Assembly: GCA_963735595.1 (NCBI GenBank)
Contig: CAVTLK010000005.1
Span: 1-64,000 of the forward strand
DNA from: an uncultured delta proteobacterium
GTDB lineage: Bacteria; Desulfobacterota; Zymogenia; Zymogenales; Zymogenaceae
Direction of reading: 5' to 3'
DNA: 64,000 nucleotides
Part shown: positions 58,433 to 64,000 of the stretch, in pieces
Layout: each line of letters starts with the position of its first letter
Position numbering within the stretch: position 1 is the first letter of the stretch
The notes under the pieces: generated by a model
Told to the model about the DNA's origin: nothing
Seen by the model: only the letters and a program-made list of their open reading frames with translations
Database searches by the model: none
Translations under genes and position numbers: made by a program

Positions 58433-59452
58433 CTACTGTAGGAAGATCTCGCTCAGGTCGTCTTTGGCTGGCGAGAGATTCTTGACTATCTCGGGATACG
58501 CGACATCCATCCCCTTTATACCGATCATCGGGATACATTCAGGCTTTTTGCCGGATTCACGAACGGTGGTCTGGAAGAATCCGGCGCCAACCAGGGCGTC
58601 TTCGTTTTCCGCCGCAACAAGGTAATCGATGAGTTTTTCTCCGTTTTGCGGGTTTGGGCCACCCAGTATCAGGGCAACGCTACTCGGGACGATGAGCGTA
58701 CCGAAGGTCTCCTGGTCGGGGAAGACCACGGCTACCGGGTCTCCCCGGTCTACGGCAACGCAGGCGTCGTCGGTATCGGTCAGCCCCATCATGAGCTCAC
58801 CACGGGCCACGAGGTCCCGTACGAGGGCATTGCCGTCTATAATACGAACTCCGCGTTCCCTGATATCGCCGAAGAACGCTTTTGCCTCGTCTTTGCCCCA
58901 GAGCCCATAGAGCGCGGCCGCATGGGTCTTGGTCGTACCGAAAAGCGGATTTGCAATACCTATCCGATCTGCGGGCCATCGTGGATCGAGAAAATCGTAA
59001 ATGGAGCGGGGAAATTCTTCCCTTTTCACGAGATTTGTATTGATTATAATTATTCGCGCCCTCCCACCAAAACAGGTCCAATACCCCTCGGGGTCTTTAA
59101 ACTGCACGGGGATATCGGCGGCGTTTGGTGAGGTGTATGGAGTCAAAACTCCGTCTTCCTGGAGAAGAATCGTCTGCGAGAATTCATTGTTCCAGAAGAC
59201 GTCTGCCCGCGGGCGGGCCTTCTCTGTGGCGAGTCTTGTGACAAGCCCCGTAGTTTTAGAGGCTTCTACGTCGTAGACCGCCTTCACTGTTATGCCGGTG
59301 TTCTTCTGAAATTCGTTAAAGATCGGCTCGGCGTACTCACGGTCAACGGCGGTGTAGACGACCACTTCCTTCGTCTTATCCGTCGTGCAGGAAACAAGAA
59401 ACAATAAAGGCACCATAATCAGTACCGCAGCGTACGAAATCGTTTTTCTCAT
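58433..59452 (-). CDS. ABC substrate-binding lipoprotein (FbpA/AfuA-like)
   Basis: Lipobox LVSC; VVVYTAVD, ADVFWNNE, ANPLFGT. Confidence 0.85.
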   Translation of the reverse strand: MRKTISYAAVLIMVPLLFLVSCTTDKTKEVVVYTAVDREYAEPIFNEFQKNTGITVKAVYDVEASKTTGLVTRLATEKARPRADVFWNNEFSQTILLQEDGVLTPYTSPNAADIPVQFKDPEGYWTCFGGRARIIIINTNLVKREEFPRSIYDFLDPRWPADRIGIANPLFGTTKTHAAALYGLWGKDEAKAFFGDIRERGVRIIDGNALVRDLVARGELMMGLTDTDDACVAVDRGDPVAVVFPDQETFGTLIVPSSVALILGGPNPQNGEKLIDYLVAAENEDALVGAGFFQTTVRESGKKPECIPMIGIKGMDVAYPEIVKNLSPAKDDLSEIFLQ

Positions 59453-59640
59453 ACGTGTTCCCATGTTAAGACTCTTTATACCTCCAGTAGGTTGAAAACA
59501 TGCCTCTAAACCCTATCGCAACAGAAGTCAGAAGACCGGACGATGTGTCGATTAAGCCCCCGGTCTCGCCATCCATAGCAAGTCATATGAAAATACGCAA
59601 GACCCGGTCAATGAGGCGACCTGTCTCCCGGCGTGTATGT

Positions 59641-60321
59641 CTACGAGCTTGACGGTCTGGGAAGCTTCGGGATTAGCCATGAGAGGAAAGCCCTCTCGCT
59701 TCTGGTTTGGAGCGCCACCGTTCCCGGCCCGGTCAACTCCACCACGAGACCCTCACCGGAAAAGAGGGTGCTCTTGAGACCGCCGACCGCTTTAACCTGA
59801 TACCCTATCCCCTCGTCGAAGGCCACCAGGTGCGTCGTATCGACGACGTACTTTTGGCCCTGCGCAAGCGTCATGGTGTGTATCGCACCATAGCTTGAGA
59901 GTATCAATGTCCCCGAGCCGCTGATCCTGAGCATGAAGAGGCCCTCGCCCCCAAAGAAGGTCTTCGCGCCGCCCCATTTAGTATCGACGGTAATCCCGTC
60001 CGACGAGGCCAGGTACGAGCCTGACTGCACGAGGAGCGCCGCGTTGCTGAGGTTGGTTGTGATGATGTCTCCGGGCAGGGTTGGGGCAAGGGTAATCTCG
60101 CCGCCCCCGGACGGGGCAGTATAGGTGTTGATGAAGAAGCTTTCGCCTCCAAGGACCGAGCGGGTAAGGGACTTGAGGATGCCCCCGCGCGCCTGGGTAT
60201 CGATAATAAGATCGGGCGACATACTCACCATCGCCCCCGACTCGGTCCTGATTACTTCATTCGGGCCGAGCTTAACTACGGCAAGAGAAAAGGAAGGACG
60301 GTAGAGAATCTCGGTCTGCAT
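59641..60321 (-). CDS. TIGR00266 / AIM24 family protein
   Basis: ESGAMVSMS, GGESFF.N, FGGEGLF, GPG.V.LQTRS. Confidence 0.9.
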   Translation of the reverse strand: MQTEILYRPSFSLAVVKLGPNEVIRTESGAMVSMSPDLIIDTQARGGILKSLTRSVLGGESFFINTYTAPSGGGEITLAPTLPGDIITTNLSNAALLVQSGSYLASSDGITVDTKWGGAKTFFGGEGLFMLRISGSGTLILSSYGAIHTMTLAQGQKYVVDTTHLVAFDEGIGYQVKAVGGLKSTLFSGEGLVVELTGPGTVALQTRSERAFLSWLIPKLPRPSSS

Positions 60322-60772
60322 AGTAACTCCTTACGATATAACGGATCTATAAAAAAAAGAATATGTGACGGTCACATCGGTGAAATTACGACTTGATTTC
60401 ATGTCATCTATCATCGTAACCCGCATAAGAATTCCTCAGTCGCGTGATCCGTTTCGGATGGGATCCTGTATAAGACTCAAACCATTCTATCGGCCAGATG
60501 GATTATACGTATGGAGGCGCGGATCTGTCAATACATTACGCTTTTGCGGGCGGTTGCCAGAAACCCAGACCGTCAGATCGGGGACGTGATTGACGCATGT
60601 TTGGACTTATTAGAAGCATTGTATGTGATTATCTAAAGTCATATCCGCGAAAATAGTATGCTACAAAATAGTGTCATAAAACCGAGGAATCAGAGAGCAT
60701 TCTCGGGCATTGTAGGAAATCTGAAATGCAATGATGTTAATACGTTATCATATAAAATTTGGGCGATATTTG

Positions 60773-60869
60773 GTGTCACTTTTGTGTCACTTTTTTCTCA
60801 GAAAACCGGTATTTTTCGGTATATTCCGGTATATTCCGGTATAGGCAAATTTCACCTAACTATTTGATA
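60773..60869. promoter_or_regulatory. att-type accessory sites: tandem arm-like repeats, 10-bp tandem repeats and an IHF-like site
   Basis: GTGTCACTTTT x2 (60773-60794); CGGTATATTC-type x4 (60806-60843); TAACTATTTGATA (60857-60869) matches the reverse of WATCAANNNNTTR. Confidence 0.6.
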
Positions 60870-60913
60870 TGATTGGAAAAGTTCAATAATTACCCAGCTC
60901 TACCATACCAGTA

Positions 60914-60976
60914 GCAGGGGACTCAAAATCCCCCGACCCCCGGGTCGTGTCGGTTCGATTCCGACCTCCGGCACCA
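60914..60976 (+). repeat. Duplicated 3' fragment of tRNA-Leu(CAA) (att site)
   Basis: Identical to 50653-50715; lacks the 5' acceptor and D arm. Confidence 0.92.
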
Positions 60977-60993
60977 AAATCGTTAATCAAGTC

Positions 60994-61027
60994 AAGGGGC
61001 CTCACTGACGCGTGAGACCCCTTTTTT
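60994..61027 (+). terminator. Intrinsic terminator after the tRNA fragment
   Basis: AAGGGGCCTCAC...GTGAGACCCCTTTTTT. Confidence 0.75.
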
Positions 61028-61275
61028 GCCCGGCGCCGGGATTACTTGCAACCACGTGTATATATCGTCTCCTTTCTTTCAGACACATCACCGAGACAGA
61101 CGGATAGCTGCCCCGCAATTTTCCTGCCGGATGAGATATATTCCACTCAAACAGGATTTTGTTCTATCGGGCAGGCGGTTATTCCAGCCGCGTTTTAAAT
61201 CCACAATGAATAAAATTCGGGATATACCCAGTAATATCAGCGTGTTTCATTATGTCTTACGTCTCGTGCAATTAG

Positions 61276-61291
61276 CGGCACGATATTTGCT
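61276..61291 (+). promoter_or_regulatory. Sigma-54 (-24/-12) promoter
   Basis: CGGCACGATATTTGCT fits YGGCACG-N4-TTGCW, upstream of 61430. Confidence 0.65.
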
Positions 61292-61429
61292 TTATACGTA
61301 GTATGCGAGAGGTGGTATCGGACCGCGACTCTCCAATTATGCTGAATACCGTACATATACCGAGCAACGTACGAGCCGTCAAGAAGGATTCGTTCAATAA
61401 AAGCCATCGGGGCCAGGGAGGACGATACG

Positions 61430-61969
61430 ATGAAATCACTTCGATATTTAGAGAGGGAAGAGCGGTTCATCGAATCTCTGCTCGAAATGCTCGACTATTT
61501 TACCCAACGGATTGATGACAGGAAGGACGTCCCGCCCTATATGTTCAAGGAAATCATAGAACTCCTCCAGACATATATCAACGTATCCCATCGAACGAGA
61601 GAGGAGATGATCCTGGCGTTTCTCGACACCTCGGGGACATACGCCCCGAGCCAGGAGTGCGACCAGATCCACGCCAGCCTCAGGAAATACGAACGTTTTC
61701 TGCTCAGGGTCATCGAGGCCTACGACCTTGGTTACCAGGGGGCAAAGGGGATTCTTGCCTGCTACACCAAACGGTACACGCTAATCCTCAGGCAACACAT
61801 CAAGTTCGAAAGCGAGCTGCTCACACGGTGGGTCAATGACCAGGAACATCGGGACGTGGAGGTTCTCAAACAATTCAAGAAAATAGACTACGGAGTGAAA
61901 AGGATCAGGGAGCGCGGCATCGTCAGGATGGAGGCCTTAAAAAGGGAATCGCTGACGGTAACGGCGTAG
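61430..61969 (+). CDS. Hemerythrin-like domain protein
   Basis: HRTREE, IH, QHIKFES; GGAGG SD. Confidence 0.7.
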   Translation: MKSLRYLEREERFIESLLEMLDYFTQRIDDRKDVPPYMFKEIIELLQTYINVSHRTREEMILAFLDTSGTYAPSQECDQIHASLRKYERFLLRVIEAYDLGYQGAKGILACYTKRYTLILRQHIKFESELLTRWVNDQEHRDVEVLKQFKKIDYGVKRIRERGIVRMEALKRESLTVTA

Positions 61970-62045
61970 TGAAAGAGATACGCAAAAGAGGGTCGAATAC
62001 AAGGGTTTCGGAATCTGCCTTGGGCCATTGTGCTGAAATGTCTGT

Positions 62046-62570
62046 ATGCGCAGGAAATTTGAATTATCGGCCGATACGCTGATCACCGAGACCGAACCAT
62101 TCTTTACATTGTCTCAAGTACCCATACGGTACTTTTGGCCGAAATGGATGAACCTATTTTTTTACATTCCCACTAAAGAGATCCATGAATCGTTATTAGT
62201 GCGATTAATCAAGGAACGGATTCCCCAATTCCGGATCGAGATCTTCAGATCTACCAAGGATTTCAAAGCCAAACTCAACGAACTGCGCTACGAATTTACC
62301 GTTGCCATTGTATTTGCCCCGAACCGTCAAGACATCTCGGACGTCTTATCGCTCGAACATTTCCTGCGGGACATCCAGATCATCCTCATCATATCTCACG
62401 AGAACCACGGCACCCTTTCAATGGCGCATTTTTTGAAGCCGCGTTTCATAAGCTATTTTTCGCACGTTTCGAAAGAGATAGACGTCGGAGAGATCACTTC
62501 CGTCCTTCAAAAAATGTTCGACCATCGGATGTCCTATCCCTACATGGCTAAAACATCCCCAAATATTTAA
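62046..62570 (+). CDS. Hypothetical protein with a degenerate receiver-like fold
   Basis: beta/alpha alternation, 'AHFLKPRF'; no canonical acidic pocket. Confidence 0.55.
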   Translation: MRRKFELSADTLITETEPFFTLSQVPIRYFWPKWMNLFFYIPTKEIHESLLVRLIKERIPQFRIEIFRSTKDFKAKLNELRYEFTVAIVFAPNRQDISDVLSLEHFLRDIQIILIISHENHGTLSMAHFLKPRFISYFSHVSKEIDVGEITSVLQKMFDHRMSYPYMAKTSPNI

Positions 62571-62926
62571 AAAAACCGCTCGTCCCTTTCGGCAAAGAAT
62601 CAGTACGTATGCCTTGCCTCAGACCCCCATGAGTCAGTCAAAAACACAATTACCAGTGAGTGTGATCGGGTTATACGACAGATCCCTGTAACAGCGACCT
62701 ATCCGAAAGGTCCCGGCAAATCGCGACCCGCCTACCAAAAAAGCTTTACAACTATGCACGTATTGTAAAAATACTGTTGCATTTCGGCGATAGATATATT
62801 AACATATTTACCGCGTTCTGCTCTTAACTATTGTGATTATTACGTTATTTGTGCGGCGCTTCATGAGTAATAGCTAGAATTACTTATAGTATTCCACGTA
62901 TTCTTATTCTCGATGGATTGTCAAAG

Positions 62927-64000
62927 ATGGCAAAGGTTCTGATTATCGACCGGGACGAGAGCTTCGCGGAAATAGTATCGTCAAAGGCGCAAGAAACAAG
63001 GCATGCCGCCGTGTATTCCCGCAGCCTGCAGGACGGCCTGAAGAAGGCATTCTCGGACGCATTTGACCTGGTGTTTCTCAGCACCGGTATGCCCGACGGC
63101 AGCTGGATGCCCGCGTTGAAAAAAATTGCCCATGCACCTTCGGCGCCCGAAGTCGTTGTCATAACCGAATCGATCGATCCAAATGAAGCGTCGTACGCTT
63201 TCAATAACGGGGCATGGGATTATATAGAGAAATCCTATTCCAGGGATACCATCCTGTTGCATATCGTCCGCGCCGTTCAATACCGCGCGAAAAAGGTATT
63301 CAGTAGGCCCTCGGCCTCGCTTAAGATTGAGACCTTTCATAAAATCGTCGGGCACAGCACCCAGATACAATCTTGTCTTGACCTCATAGCTCAGGCATCC
63401 AGGAGCGATTCCCCGATTCTCATCAACGGCGAGACGGGCACGGGGAAGGAAGTCTTCGCCTGTGCGATTCATAAGAACAGCCAGCGCGCCGGTAAGAATT
63501 TTGTGGTTGTCGACTGCGCCGCCCTGCCGGAGACCCTCGTTGAGAGCACGCTCTTTGGGCATGAGAAGGGGGCCTTTACGGGAGCGGACCGGGCCCAGGA
63601 AGGCCTTGTACATCAGGCCGATGGAGGCACCCTTTTCCTCGATGAGATTGGAGAGCTTCCCCAGGAGATTCAAGGGACATTTCTGAGATTTCTACAGGAG
63701 CATACGTTTCGCAGTGTCGGCGGGCAGGCGGAGATAAAAAGCGATTTCAGACTCATCGCGGCCACTAACTGCGATCTCAAAGAAGCGGTGAAAATAAAGC
63801 TGTTTCGGGAAGACCTCTACTATCGGCTATCCACGTTTACTATCGAGATACCTCCCCTGAGGGAACGCAAAGAAGATATCAAGGACCTGGTGACGTACTA
63901 CATGAACGAACTGGCCACGTACCACGGTATAGAGCCTAAAACGTTTTCATCGGAATGCTTCGACGTCCTGATGAAGTACGACTGGCCGGGCAACGTCCGG
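62927..64000 (+). CDS. Sigma-54 enhancer-binding protein (NtrC family), runs off the window; absent from the ORF track
   Basis: Manual translation: MAKVLIIDRD..., GETGTGKE, LFGHEKGAFTGA, LFLDEIGE, FREDLYYRL, WPGNVR. Confidence 0.92.
   Translation, partial: MAKVLIIDRDESFAEIVSSKAQETRHAAVYSRSLQDGLKKAFSDAFDLVFLSTGMPDGSWMPALKKIAHAPSAPEVVVITESIDPNEASYAFNNGAWDYIEKSYSRDTILLHIVRAVQYRAKKVFSRPSASLKIETFHKIVGHSTQIQSCLDLIAQASRSDSPILINGETGTGKEVFACAIHKNSQRAGKNFVVVDCAALPETLVESTLFGHEKGAFTGADRAQEGLVHQADGGTLFLDEIGELPQEIQGTFLRFLQEHTFRSVGGQAEIKSDFRLIAATNCDLKEAVKIKLFREDLYYRLSTFTIEIPPLRERKEDIKDLVTYYMNELATYHGIEPKTFSSECFDVLMKYDWPGNVR

Larger units (their letters stand above)
50653..60979. mobile_element. Genomic island integrated at tRNA-Leu(CAA); no integrase inside
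   Basis: Exact ~66-bp direct repeat of the tRNA 3' part at 50653-50718 and 60914-60979. Confidence 0.7.

Noticed and set aside
60773..60843. CRISPR array or replication iterons
   Set aside because: Units are 10-11 bp with no spacers; no cas or rep gene in the window
60914..60976. Second functional tRNA-Leu
   Set aside because: The first 24 nt (acceptor 5' strand and D arm) are missing; it is an att remnant

Overview
GC-rich bacterial chromosomal window, probably from an anaerobic deltaproteobacterium-like organism (inferred from gene content only). It is mostly catabolic operons: acyl-CoA ligase; a 2-hydroxyacyl-CoA dehydratase-like pair with acyl-CoA dehydrogenase and TetR; an alkyl-DHAP-synthase-like flavoprotein/CCG Fe-S/FGGY kinase/GPH transporter cluster; a 10-gene GntR-linked cluster ending in Eda/KdgK; lutABC; an SCP2-fused glycyl radical enzyme between two Zn dehydrogenases and a split transketolase; and an arsS arsenosugar-type cluster. 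It also holds tRNA-Ala(GGC) and tRNA-Leu(CAA). Accessory elements are two tandem RAYT-like HUH transposase genes, each bracketed by its own GGGGTC-ended inverted repeat; an adjacent protein made only of three ribosomal L7/L12 C-terminal domains; REP-like repeats; a candidate structured ncRNA; and a ~10 kb integrase-less island between tRNA-Leu and a duplicate of its 3' end, with att-type accessory sites. Many otherwise intact genes carry single-base indels, most likely long-read sequencing errors, so frameshifted genes are reported as single CDSs. All family calls are from motif recognition by eye; no searches were run.
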